The notes under the pieces were generated by a model, which was given only the letters and a program-made list of their open reading frames with translations, did no database searches and was not told the DNA's origin. This document shows, piece after piece, positions 1 through 13,600 of a stretch of 64,000 nucleotides of DNA; position 1 is the stretch's first letter; each line of letters begins with the position of its first letter. Position numbers and translations under genes: made by a program. Origin of the DNA: Paraspadella gotoi. Taxonomy: Eukaryota > Animalia > Chaetognatha. Where the stretch lies: NCBI GenBank assembly GCA_051294375.1, contig CM119270.1, forward strand, positions 6,875,279 through 6,939,278, read 5' to 3'.

Positions 1-611
1 AAGTTCGTTTACGACGTATAATGAACTCTGGATTTCCCAGTGGCGCCTTACCGAGCTTTAACATCTACGTTAATTCTATTCTATCTTAATGTAACGAGAC
101 AATTCAACGATTAGAATATTAGTTTTTCATAAATCTTAAAAAACGCTTTCCCAAGCAGCGTTTCTATATCCGAGTGTCCTTTTGTCTATTTTCACCCAAA
201 ACGTTTGAAAAACTTTCAACCGTAATAGCGTCTTTGAAAATTTACCCACGGCAGCCGAATCGACCGCGGAATTCGGTCGTAAGCCCCCGTATCGGACCAC
301 CAATCTGTCCCTCTTATAAAACCACCCACTCGCGAACTCAACTACCGCCCACCTTCCCCCCCCACACACCCCTCTCTTCCCAACCCACTCTATTATCCCT
401 CGAGACGCTCATTTTTTTTTTTGCTTTTAAGAAGAGTGAGTTTTTCTTTTGCTGAAAAAGAAAAGAAAAATAAGGGTTTTTTTTCATCAGATTTTTTTTC
501 TTTTTTTATTCTTTTAATGGATTCTTAGGAGATCGAGCGACGAGCAAAGTTTTCACGAGGATTTTCTCCATGATGATTTTGTTGTAAAAAAAAAGTCGTC
601 GGATTTCTTAC

Positions 612-676
612 GTATGGTATGGTATGGTAAGGTATGGTATGGTATGGTATGGTATCGTATGGAATGGTATGGTAAG
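612..676. repeat. (GTATG)n pentanucleotide repeat
   Basis: Visible directly. Confidence 0.9.
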
Positions 677-1432
677 GTTAAGCCACCTCCACACTGTCCG
701 TCTTCAGCCTCAGCGGAATTAATTTTCTTGTCTCGACTCTCGACGGTCCTTCCCCAGCTTTTTCGATTCTGGCTAAAATGTGACGAGACCGTTTTAAACA
801 TGCCAGCGACGTGAGGCCGTCGATGTGGGTCCTCAGTGTCTACGCCAACTGGTGAGATACTCCACGCCCCGGAACTCACCGGCAATTCCTCCGTTGCCGT
901 CGTGCTCCGTTTAAGAAAGGATTTTACGGTGAGTTAGTTGTAATGTTTCGTTGTTTTAGTATAATAATTAATATAATTTCTCTCTTCATTGTCAAGATTT
1001 TATCTCTTCGATGGTGCCTTTTCTTTTCGGTTTAACTGTTGTTATCGTGATATTAACCGTTGCCGCCGTAGTCACCGTCATCATCGTCGTCGTCACCGTC
1101 ATCATCTTTTTCGTCACCGTCATCATCCTCGTCGTCACTGTCGTCATCTCCATCTCGTCGTCATTGCTGTCATCATTTTCATAAATCATATAATAGTTTC
1201 AATACGATCCTCACGTTTTAACATTGTCATCGTCATTACCATCGTCATCATCGTCATCTTCGACGGCCTCATCGTCGTCATCGTCTTCTTCGTCGTCGTT
1301 GTTGTCGTCTTCGTCATCCTCGTACTTGATATTCGTCCCAACGCCTCCCTCTCACTTCGCGACGCCTCGTTAAAAGATTTTCCAGTCTCCTTATCATTTT
1401 TATCTCTCCCTCCCTACCTCCCTACCACCTTC

Positions 1433-1471
<39 letters not shown>

Positions 1472-2669
1472 TTTTTCTGATTCTTGCTTCTTTCCATTCT
1501 ATCTTTCTTTATTTCTCTTCTTATCCTTCTTCTTTTCCGCCATTTTTACAACAATTTTCAATTTTCTCTTCTTCATCACATCATTTCTCAATTTTTCATC
1601 TATATCCATTATTCTTCCTCTCCCTCCCTCTCCATCCCCCTCCCTCTCACCCTTCCTCCCTCCTCCCCCTCCTTCCCCTCCCCCCTCCGCCCCGCCCTCC
1701 CCCTCCTTTTCCCTCTCTTCCCAGAAATTATCGTTGTACTCTTTTTAAAAAAAATCCTTTCTAACTTTTATTTTTGCATTAATTGTGAGCGTTACTCATT
1801 CAATATCCATTTATCACGACCCTTTTTTACGCTTAAAAATTTGCATTCGATTTTCGTAAGTAGATGTACAATGTTTTTTTTTAGAGTCGTTGTCGTCGTC
1901 GTTGTCGTCGTCGTTGTTGTTGTTCTCCTCTTCGTCCTTCTTTTTGTTGTTGACTCCGAGGAATTTGTGTTAAAAAAAAAAAAAAAAAAATAAGGATTTC
2001 AAGCCGGAGATTTTGTCTGCTTAGAATTTTTAATTAAGGCCCCGACGGAGGGGAAGGCTGAAAATAGCCTCGTCACCCGGTCTTGCGCGGCTCTGGTGAT
2101 TTTGCAGCTCGTTGAATCCGTCGGCTAAAAATGTGACGACGGCAAGCGTTGTATTATGCATCGTATTTACATACACGAGTTGTAGTTTAGCTAATTATAA
2201 ATTTTAATTCATTAAAATAAACGTAGTTAAAATAAAAACAAAACACTTCTATTTTGTAAACTAATTTTAAAAACAACGAAAAGAAAGGAAACTATACAAA
2301 TTTTAATTAACAGTGCTTGTGCTCGTGTTTGTTCCGACAGACTTAAATATTAAGATTGAAGTTGTTTTTTTTAGTATTTTAATGGAACTCAAAGACAAAA
2401 CGAAGCTATTACGATAATCTGTGGTAGCAATTAAAAGCTTTATTATCCTCAACAAACAAAGCAAAAAACCAGAGATAATTTTGCATAAAATTGTCTTAAA
2501 ACGTTTTTGGGCAAACATTAGCTTGCCGGTTTGCGAGAGTACAAACTACAAAAATTACCTCTGAGGCTTAGCTTTTGCCATAAATAGCAGCCTTCCTAAC
2601 AAGCAAACGTTCATCGGTGCAAGAATTAACCTCAAAAGCAACTGCGAGCTCCAACGGATTGTTTATCGT

Positions 2670-3517
2670 TGCCATACCAACGACCCGGGCGCCGAGTGAA
2701 GGCTCTCGCGCCACTCCATCGCGCCGAGTGGAACCGGCGGCCGAAGAAATGATGCTATAAATAGCCTGGCGCCGTCGAGACTTAGTTTTCATTCGAGATT
2801 CCATCTTCATCCGAGAAATTGTCCGAGAAGAAGAAGAAGAAGAAGAAGAAGGAGATGAAGAAGAAGATTGAGAAGGAGAGGATAAAGAGAAAGACGGAGA
2901 AGGAGAGGAAAAAAAGAAAAAGGAAACTTGATTGGCTTTTTAGACGAACAACATTAGATTGACTCATGCATAATAAAAACCGAGTTGCCATCTCGAGTCT
3001 CACGCCGACGTCATTTTCTGAGAGGACGATGACCGTTTAGTTCAACTTTTTTTTTAAACTTTTTTTTAACTCAATACGTTTTATTTTTAACTCTGTCTCT
3101 ATTGTCAACTCGTTATTATTGGTTTTAACTCGACGATTTTATTTCACTTATTCACTGATTGTTCGTTCCTGTGCAACTTTACTCACCCAGCCGTTCCTAA
3201 CACTAAAATTTATAATAACTTTCCCTCGTAGAAGACGAAAATAGTAAGGCCGTGTGACCGTGTGGATTGACCGGCTCTCTCTCTCTCTTTTTTACTGTTG
3301 TTTCTTGAATTGAATTTGACTTTGTCATCTTCATCATTTTCGTCGTAGTATTGTGGAGCCTCGTCGTCGTCGTCGTCGTCGTCGAGATCGTCGTCGTCGT
3401 TGTCGTCGTCTCTTCAGCTTTTAACTGCCTTCGCACTGATTACAACGAAAATTCAACATCAGAATGACGCCTAACGACGACCGAACGATGAAAGCGCCAA
3501 TTAAAAGGGAAGAATGA

Positions 3518-3576
<59 letters not shown>

Positions 3577-3984
3577 TTTCTTTTCTAAATTTCTTACGAG
3601 CTCATTTTTTCTCATAAATACGAAATCTAAAGTCCACGAAATGCTGATTGAAGACATTTATTTAATTTAGTCAACTAATAAGTCAATAAATAAATTAATA
3701 ATTATCAAATACGAGCAGCATCATTGATCTCAGTGGTGGCACGTTTAAAAAAAAAAAACAAATCAAATCAAAACGAAACGAAACAAAAGGAAACAAAAGA
3801 GCAACGATTCCCTTCTTCAATGAAAAAACACGAAATTCTCGAGCATCGGCGGGAGAGACTGAAAAATCCGGTTGTCGCCTCCCTTGGCCTCTCGGCACCG
3901 GAACCGAAGAACCCCCGGCGCCAAAAGACGCCGGATGGCGGCGCGGGAGAGCGAGAGGAGCGACGCCGGCGTCGAGGAGGCGGC
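2670..3984 (+). repeat. Clean copy of the segment repeated noisily at 4010-5402 and 24075-25467
   Basis: All three copies start with cgttgccataccaacgacc and are collinear. Confidence 0.9.
3817..3984 (-). CDS. Terminal exon encoding a SOCS box (5' part lost in N gap)
   Basis: Translation AASSTPASLLSLSRAAIRRLLAPGV...RIFQSLPPMLENFVFFH-stop has a BC-box (PxSLxxLxRxxIR) and an LP-containing cullin-box-like motif just before the stop. Noisy copies lie at ~5236-5441 and ~25301-25506, the latter showing a ctccag acceptor. Confidence 0.7.
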   Translation of the reverse strand, partial: AASSTPASLLSLSRAAIRRLLAPGVLRFRCREAKGGDNRIFQSLPPMLENFVFFH

Positions 3985-5574
3985 NNNNNNNNNNNNNNNN
4001 NNNNNNNNNCGTTGCCATACCAACGACCGGCGCCCGAGTGAAGGCTGCTCGCGCCACTCCATCGCGCCGAGTGGAACCGGCGCCCGAAAGAAATGATTGT
4101 ATAAAAATAGCCTGGCGCCGTCGAGACTTAGTTTTCATTCGAGATTCGCATCTTCATCCGAGAAATTGTCGGAAAGAAGAGAAGAAGAAGAAGAAGGAGA
4201 TGAAAGAAGATGATAAGGAGAGGATAAGAGAAAGACGGGAAGAAGGAGAGAAAAAGAAAAAGGAAAAACTTGATTGCTTTTTTAGACGAACAACATTTAG
4301 ATTTGACTCATGCATGAATAAAAACCGAAGTTGCCATCTCGAGTCTCACGCCGACGTCATTTCTCTGAGAGGACGATGACCTTAGTTCAACTTTTTTTTT
4401 AAACTTTTTTTTAACTCAATACGTTTTTTTTAACTCTGTCTCTATTGTCAACTGTTATTATTGGTTTTATAACTCGAACATTTTATTTTCACTTATTTCA
4501 CTGATTGTTCGTTCCTGTGCAACTTTACTTCACCAGCAACCGTTCCTAACACTAAAAATTAATAACTTTCCCTCGTAGAAGGACGAAAATAGTAAGGCCG
4601 TGACCGTTGTGGATTGACCGGCTCTCTCTCTCTCTTTTTACTGTTGGTTCTTGAATTGAATTTGACTTTGTCATCTTCATCATTTTCGTCGTAAAGTATT
4701 GTGGAGCCTCGGTCGTCGTACGTCGTTCGTCGTCGAGATCGTTTCGTGTCGATTGTCGGGTGCGTCTCTTCAGCCATTTTAATGCCTTCGCACTGTTACA
4801 ACGAAAATTCAAATCAGAATAGCCTAACGACGACGCCGAACCGATGTGAAAGACGTTGCCAATTATTAAAAGGGGAAGAATGACTCTTCTCTTTTCTCTT
4901 CTCTCTTCTCTTTTTTTTTCTTCTTCTCTCTCCTTTCTTTCTTTCCCTTTTCTTCTTTTTCTTTCCTTCTCTCTCTCTCTCTCTCTTCTCTTTTTCTTTT
5001 CTAAAATTTTTACGAGCTCATTTTCTCATAAATACGAAATCTAAAGGTCACGAAAGCTTGATTTGAAGACATTTATTTTAATTTAGTCCAACTAATTAAG
5101 TCAATAAATAAAATTAAATTATCAATACGAGCAGCAATCATTGATTCTCAGTGGCTGGCACGTTTAAAAAAAAAAAAACAATCAATCAAACGAAAACGAA
5201 ACAAAAGGAAACAAAAGGAGCAACGTTCCCTTCTTCAATAAAAACACGAAATTCTCGAGCATCAGGCCGGGGGGAGAGACTTGAAAATCCGGTTGTCGCC
5301 TCCCTGGCCTTCGCACCGGACCGAAGAACCCCCGGCGCCCAAAAGACGCCGGATGGCGGCGCGGAGAGCGAGAGAAGCGACGCCGGCGTACGAGGAGGCG
5401 GCGAGAAGGACGCGGCGGATTGCGCGTTGGGTCGGGCGGCGCTGGAGGGTTGGAAGGGGGGGAGGAGGGCGTTGAGATAGGAAGGGAAGAAATAAGGTCA
5501 AATTTATGAAAAGTCTTAACATGCTTTTCTCTTTCTTTCTCTTTCTCTCTCTCCTCTCTCTCTCTCTCTCTCTG

Positions 5575-5606
<32 letters not shown>

Positions 5607-7416
5607 AGCAGTTATGCTTACTTTTCAACAAAAAAATTTATTTCTGAAGATCTTGCATGAATAGAACACACGACATTTTTTACTACTACATAGTAAACAA
5701 TAATCTAGTATTTTCATAAAAATAACTCGTTACACAACCGTATTTAGGCTTTGTTGCCAACCAACGGACAGAGAGACAGAAACGCAGACAGATTAAGTCG
5801 TCGAATGAAGAAAAACTGCTTGACGTCCACAATTCGTGATTGGCACAGAAAAGACGACGACGAAGATGGCGACGACAAANNNNNNNNNNNNNNNNNNNNN
5901 NNNNGATGGACGACGACATGACCGAGCCGGCGCCCGGTCAACATTAATGTGGATCGCAAGTTAATGCCGGAAGTAGCAAGATAAAAGATTATCTCAAAAG
6001 GTTCGATGCTGAGATGATGATGATGATGATGATGATGATGATCATGATGATGATGATGATGACGATGATGAAGATGATGTACGATGATGCCTGATTATAA
6101 TGAAGATGAAGATGAAAATAAGATAATGATGCCGACGACATTGATGATGATGATGATGATAATATGATGCTGATGATGATGATGATGTGATTATAATACA
6201 GATTAAAAATAATGATAATAACTATCGCAACAAAAACGACGAGGAGGATCGAATCTTCCGATACAGAGAAAGCCACAACAACAACAACAACAACTACCAC
6301 TCCGACCGACAATAGCAAAAAAAACCAACTGGCCTTCCCCCCCCCATTTCCTTACAAATGTGTCCTTTTTCCGCCACAAAATCAAAGAAAACATTTATTG
6401 AACGTAAAGAAAATTAAGAATAACGGTTTTCTTCTTTCTCTGACAAGAAAAGGAAAAGGAAAGAGAGGGAGAAAACTGAAGAAGGATTAGGTGTGGAAAG
6501 GGGTTAAAGATGGAAAAGAAAAGAGAGAGAGAGAGAGACGAGAGAGAGAGAGGAGAATGAGAGAAGGAGATAGAGACGAACAGACAGTCGCGAACACAAT
6601 TAACCATAGAGGTAATCCAAAATATAACTTTATGAAATTGGTACAACTGTAAACCAGAATTAAAAATTATTCATTCATTAATAAATAAGCTATCTTGCCC
6701 CTGACTTTGGACAGGGCTTTGTGGTTTAAGGCCTCCATCACTCCTACAGAATAATAACATGCAGGTTCCCTCTCTCACGCTTGTTTATTCATCCCAGAGT
6801 CCTGCTTCCCAATCCTATATTTTTACAGTATTCGTGGCGGTCATTGTCCGGCTGACTCATTCCCCCAAGTCCTGACCCGTTGGATCATTGAGTAAAAGCC
6901 TTCAGCTCATGACCCTCGGCTTTGGCAGGGTTAGGACGGCCGGTAAACCTCGCTTGGGGGCGTGGCAACCCCCCCCGTTGACCCGTTCCATGGCGGATAG
7001 ATCTGGTTCATCATGTTACTTTTTGTATTTTTAGATGCCCTTACCGCCTTATACATATTGTAACATTTTTTCTATCGTAGAGTGGTTACATCGACACGTT
7101 TGGGTGAAATAAAATTTCGGAGGAGTCGAAGCAGCAAGATCATCGTGAGCAAAGAACAACAAATAAACAAAAACGCAAAAGTATAAAAATAACTAAATAA
7201 TAATGAAGGAAAATGGAGGGAGAAAAATTCTTGCGTGAAATAAATGAAACCTGAAAAAAAAAAGGAAAAGTTAGTTTGAAGTGTAAAGAAAAGGAAGGAT
7301 CGAGATCCAGAACTAATCAAAGCGACAGATCGAGAAGAGTGGCATTCTGGCCGATATCTCTCTCTTTCTCGTCTCTCGTCTCTCTCTTTCTCTCTTCCTT
7401 TCTCTCTTTCTCTCTT

Positions 7417-7452
<36 letters not shown>

Positions 7453-7535
7453 TCCCTATCCCTTCCTTTATTTCCTCTACATTTTTTTCTCTATCTCACT
7501 CTCCCACCGATACTCTCTTCTCTCTCCTCTCTTCT

Positions 7536-7567
<32 letters not shown>

Positions 7568-10124
7568 CTCTCTTTCTCTTCTCTCTCTTTCTCTCCTTCT
7601 CCACTTAATCACAGAGAAAGTAGAAAAGTTTGGAAAAGAAAAAATTGTCAGAGTTCAACGAACGAGAACGATGGGAGAGAGAGAGAGGAGGAAGATTGTT
7701 ATCGGCGACGGGGGCGAGAGGGGGAAAGGGAAGAAAAGAAAGGGAGGAAGGAAAGGGGGAAATAAAAAGGAAAGAGAGAGAAATGCAAGGGATAAAGCGC
7801 CCTTCCACACGAGAGCCGTCTATGCTCGTCAGAAGAGAGAGAGGGATGGGGGGGATGAGTGAGGGAGGAGAGGAGAGAGGAGACAGAAGAGGATGGAGGA
7901 GAGAGAGAGAGAGGAGAGAGAGGGGGAGATAAGGAGGAGAAGAAGAGGGAGAGAAGCTATTAATTAATCTTTTTGATAAATCCGGGATAAATTATTACTT
8001 TCTTCTTTTCTCGTTCAGCTTATTGAATAGAGGAAGAGAAGAGGAAGAGGAAGGGGAAGAGAGGGAAGAGGAAAAGGAAAAAAGAAGAAAGATAAAGAAA
8101 TATGATAGCCAGTTTAATCAGGGTTCTAGTTAAAAGAAAGAAAGAAAGAAAGAAAGAAAGGGACAGAAAGAAAGAAAGAGAAAGAAAGAAAAAAGACAAG
8201 AAGAAAGAAGAAAGAAAAGACACGAAAGAAAAAAAAAGAAAGAAAGAAAAAAGAAAGAACGAAAGAAACAGTCCATCATTCATTTCTTTATTTCTAATAT
8301 CCCTCTTTTGATTCATCCATCTTTTGTCATTTTCGTGATCATCTGTCCGTCGTCCGTCGTCGTCGTCCGTCGTTCGTCGTCGTCCTCGTTCCGCCTTCTA
8401 AACAAACGATAAACAAATCCTGAACGAAACTTTTTTATTTTCCCAATCATTTTTAAATTCCATCCTCACTCGGATTGAAGAGGACGTTTTCCCTCTATAC
8501 TTTAACGGCCCACCTAATGTTTCAAAATCTAACTTAACGCCCCTTAATGCTTTAAACACCCCAAGGTTCCTTGAACCCGCCCACCCCCCCAGAGGTCCAT
8601 ACCTCATATCTCCGATCCTCACTGTCCAAAGTCACGCCAAAGTCGCCCAAGTGTCCCAGCGTAAGTCAGTGGCTAAAACAACCACCGGTTACCACGGTGG
8701 CCAGAGACATGACCCACGTGAAAATCCTAAAGCGTCCTCCATATCGCCCTATATAACCCTCACCTCATCGATAAGCGAAACCCCCTCGCCTTACTCTCCT
8801 TCTTAGTCGCTTTTCAATAACTTAAGCCTTACCTTCCCCTACCCTCGGCCGTTCCCCCCAGAGGCGAAACTGACCTCGGAAAGCGCGGAGATATGCTCAC
8901 TAACGCGATATTTCCGGAAACAAAAGGCAAAACATTGCGAACCTCATGGGCCGCCGGGCGTGTTTCGGGGACGAGAGAGGAAGGGTAAGGAATGTATAGC
9001 GGGAGATTGTGTGTGAGTGTGATGTGATGTGTGGTGATTCGTGATTGATGTGGGAAGTGTAGCGTGTGAGGAAAGGGTGTTGAAGAGTTTATCGTGTAAG
9101 CAAGTGAGCGCGGATCAGAATCGCTTCAATGTCAGGAATTTTTTCTTTCTGGCCTGAGATTTTTCAAAAATTTAGTGACGTTTTAAAAATTTTATTTGGA
9201 TTCAAAGATTGAACAGCTTGGTTATTATTTTATTGTTAATTATACGAGTGTAAAATAAATTTTGTTTTGAATTATTGCGCGAAGGTTATGTAAATCCAGT
9301 TTTTTTGTAAGAATCAAAACTTTGTACGAATTGAGGAAAACGTTCGGAATTGGAAACTAAAACGAAAATACAAAAAAGTTTTGTCGTTAACAAAAAAACA
9401 ATTTGTCATCATATGTAAAAACCTAAAACGCAGGGAATCAAAAGTCCCTACAAATAAAAACGAAAAACGTAGACAAATAACTGATAAAATAAATGTTATG
9501 AAAGAAATTTTTAAAAAGAATCGCTACATTTTGATTAATGGCTTCAAATCGAACCCACTCAAACGAGATTCACAAATCACAAATCCCAAAATTTTTTTTA
9601 GCTTTCACCTGGCCCCCCTACCTCTTCTCCTGCCCTCCCCTCCTTTACCCTAATCCCTTTCCTCAACTTCCCCCCCACTCCAATCTCTCCGCCTTCCCTC
9701 CCTCCCCCCCTCCACCCCTTCTTTTAAAAAAAAGAACATGTGGCCTCATCGATTGAAACCTGTTTACCGATTTTCAAGGCGACGACGAAATCATGCCAAA
9801 CTTTCCCCTTTTCGACCTTCGAGACTCCGTTTCAAATCTCCACTCGATTTCAACGAATTTTCCTTCTCCTATTTTTTTTTCACTTTTCTCACTTTTCTCA
9901 CCACTTTTTGCAAACAATAAACTCTTGACCCCAATTTGGTTGTTTGTGGGTGGGGGGCGATTGGGTATGGTAGGGGAGGAAGGGGTAAGAGAAAAGAAAA
10001 GGTTTCATGGGGGGAGATAGCAATAAAAAAGGAAAAGGAAAACGTCCTTTCTGATTCGATGATTGAGATATGGAATTTCCAAAAATGTGAATAAATATAT
10101 ATTATATAATAATTTAAAAAAATA

Positions 10125-10160
<36 letters not shown>

Positions 10161-10237
10161 TAATATGAAGACTTTTCTTTAAAAGACAACGAGTCAACAA
10201 GTCATCAAAATGTCAAATAGTTTATTTAAGAATATTA

Positions 10238-10609
10238 TCACCAGCGTCTCATATGCTTTTCCCCAAACGGTCACACACGGTGTTCTCAAATCTTTAGGGA
10301 TGCGAGGGGCAGAAAAACTGCGGCCTTTCAATTTGTTGAAGAATTGATTGTGTCTCGAGCTTTTTTTTTTCTCGTTTGTTCTCTAAAATTAAGTTTCCAA
10401 CGAAAAAGGTGCCAAATAAGGTTTTTGAACTTCGAATGGCGCGTTTGTAAACACGTTTTAAATTGAGGCAAAAATCTGCAGCATTTTTTGCATCAGTAAC
10501 TTTAGGAATTATTCCAAATTTCATAATTTTCTCTATCTTTCTTTCTTTCTTTCTCTCTCTCTCTTCCTCTCTTCTCTCTCTCTTCTCTCTCTCTCTCCTC
10601 TCTATCTTT

Positions 10610-10651
<42 letters not shown>

Positions 10652-13600
10652 CATCCTCTCTCCTCTCCCTTCTCTCTTCTCTCTCTCTCTCTCTCTCCTC
10701 CTCTCTCTCGCGCCTCACCTCCCTCCCCTCCCATCCTCTCCATTTCCACTCTTCTTCACTTCTCCTCGCGCCAAACTCGACGAGCCTCTCCACGGCGTCG
10801 ACGGCCGCCGCTCCGCCGCCCAACCCGTCGCCGTCATCCCATGCGCGTCGCTATGGCGCGACATTGGCGCGCCCCTCGCGCCACGCGTTGGGATTTTTAG
10901 GGCGGGATCTATGACGCATGGCGGGCTTGAATGGATGGATTATTATTTATTGATTATTTCTTTTATTTCTTATTTATTTTAATTTGATTTCTTTATTCTT
11001 ATTCTTTATTTATTTATTTATTATTATTTATTTATTTATTTTTATATTATTTATTTATTTATATATAATTTTATTTATATTTATTTATTATTTATTTATT
11101 ATATTTTAAACTATTTATTTATTTAATTATTTATTTTTATTTTTTTTTTTTTATTTATTTATTTATCTTATGTATCTATTTATTACTTCATTATTATTGA
11201 TTTATTTTATTTATTATTTATTATTTATTTATTTATTTATTATTTATTTATTTATTTATTTATTATTTATTAATAGAAAAATCAATTTTGCTCATTTGAT
11301 TCATTGAATTGATTTATCGATTGACTGAATAGTAAAATTCTGAGAAACGTTTAAATCACCTTACAAAACCGCCGAGTTTATCTCCACAACGAAAACTACA
11401 CCAAAACTCACTTACCCCACGAGGAAACTCCCAAAAAAACTCACCCAATGCAGCGGCTGAATCTTTCTCGTGAGTCTGAAATCGACGCTCGCCCCAAAGT
11501 CGAGAGGCGAAATATCGCTTCCATGTCACAGATTTGCAAGGTTGAGAGCCAACCCTAAAAGCACGCGATGAGAAAATTTGAAGCAAGGGGAAGAGACGAT
11601 TGGGAAATATACTCAAATTGAAAAAAACTATAAAGACCGAACAGACAGACGGGCAGAAAGATGAAGAGACAGACAGAAATAGGAAGACGGGATATAGCAA
11701 GAAAGTCAGGGCGACACTGCACAAATAGACTGGGGCAGCAGATACAGAAAAGACAGACTAACATACAGGCAACAGACCAAGAAACAGCAGGCAAACAGCA
11801 GACGACAGGCACAACCGGCACGAAAAGAGATCACATACAGGACCGACTAAAACGTGATCTTCTCCCCAAAGGCGTCCATCCGCTCTTCTAATGGGTAATC
11901 CACAGCGCATCCGACTTAAGGAAGAAAAGCAACGATGTTCGAAGTTGTGTTCGACGCTTTTAGAGGCGGTGCTTTCGTCTAGTGAGCGGAATACGGACGG
12001 TGGGTCATAGGAGTAGGCCATTAATCTAAGATATTACTTAGTGGGTCGACAAAGAATGGGGATCTCGACTGAGGTGAGCGGGGATTACGTCTCGAGTAGG
12101 TGGAGCGGATCGAAAAGTTCGATCCTTCCTGCAACTTCTACTACGTGTTCGGCACAATGCGTGCGCACTACAAATCGAATCTTTCATTCTTTTCTAGATA
12201 TTTATATATTAAAATCCTTTTTCATGCTCAACCTCCCCCCGCCCTTCACTAAACCTCGCAATCCTCCCGTCGAGGTCGGCGCCAACTCGGATCCGAGCAC
12301 TCGACATCTCCCGGTTTTCTTCACGTAGATGGCCGAAGATGAGCGGAGTGTTGAATTGTGGATTGTGGGGTTTGGTCAGCTCCTTTGGGAGGAGAGGGAA
12401 TGGACGGAGGTCGGTGGAAGTTAAATGGTTTTTGTTTTGTTTGTTTGTTTGGTTTTTTTTAATTCTCTGTCAAACTGTTTCCGCTCATAAAAAAATAAAA
12501 CTCAAGGAAAAAAAATAAAAGAAAAAGAAAAGAAGGAAAAGAAAAGGAAAGAAAAAGAAAAGGAAAAGAAAAGAAAAGAAAAGAAAAGAAAAGAAAAGGA
12601 AAAAAAGAAAGAAAGAAAGAATTAAGAAATAAAAAAAACCGAGCGAACGAACTAAACAAACAAACAAAAAAAAATCAACTAACAACGGACTCGAACCAAC
12701 CAACGAACAAATTGTTCTAATCTAACCAAACCACAGAAAACAAACAAATTAACGACACGAACGAACAAAAGAACGAACAACGAACGAACCCTCCGCAATA
12801 TTCTCATGATTTTGCACTCTTCATATGAATACTAAGAATCGCGACGTAAACTTTAAAATATTCACGACGTTTTTTTCTTTCTTTCTTTGTTTTTTTCGCT
12901 CAGCGAAATATGCGAAAGAGATTTTGATGATGGATAAAATGTTGAAGAAAAAATAAAAAAAAAATATAAAATAGTACGATGACGGACCGACGACGACGAC
13001 GACACGACGACGAACGAGAATATCATGAAAGAAATCAGAATATGGACTTTAGTTTTTACGTTGAAAAGATATCGAAAAAATGTGGTTATTTATTCCGTTC
13101 TGAAGTTAATTGTTTGACGACAAGTTTCGCTTTCATTTTGTACGACGGAAGAATGGGAATGTCCGAAATCTGAACTGCATTTTTTAATTACATTATTTAT
13201 TTTCATTTATTATATTTTATTTACATTCATATTTATTTATATTATTATATTATTTTATATTTATTATATTATATTTATTATATTTATTTATATTTATTTA
13301 TATTGTTTATATTATATTTATTTATTTCATATTTATTTATATTATTCATATTTATTCATATTATTTGCTATTCGCTTTCTTAATTACTTTTATTCACAAG
13401 TTCGCTCAGTCACCTGCTTCGGCCAACATCGGGCGATCTCGAAATGTCCCGCCCCGCAGCGCGACGTCACGGCGTCTCTCCGTCTTGTCGACGGCGTCGA
13501 CGTTGGCGCCGCGTCGAGAAAAGAATTCGCACGTCCGCCACCTGGTGGGGAAGAAGGCAAGTGGATTGATGCTTTTATTTCTTTGTTTTGTGCCTTTTTG

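Noticed and set aside
989-1993. His/Val-rich and hydrophobic ORFs
   Set aside because: Translations of (CGT/CAT)n and CT-rich low-complexity DNA.
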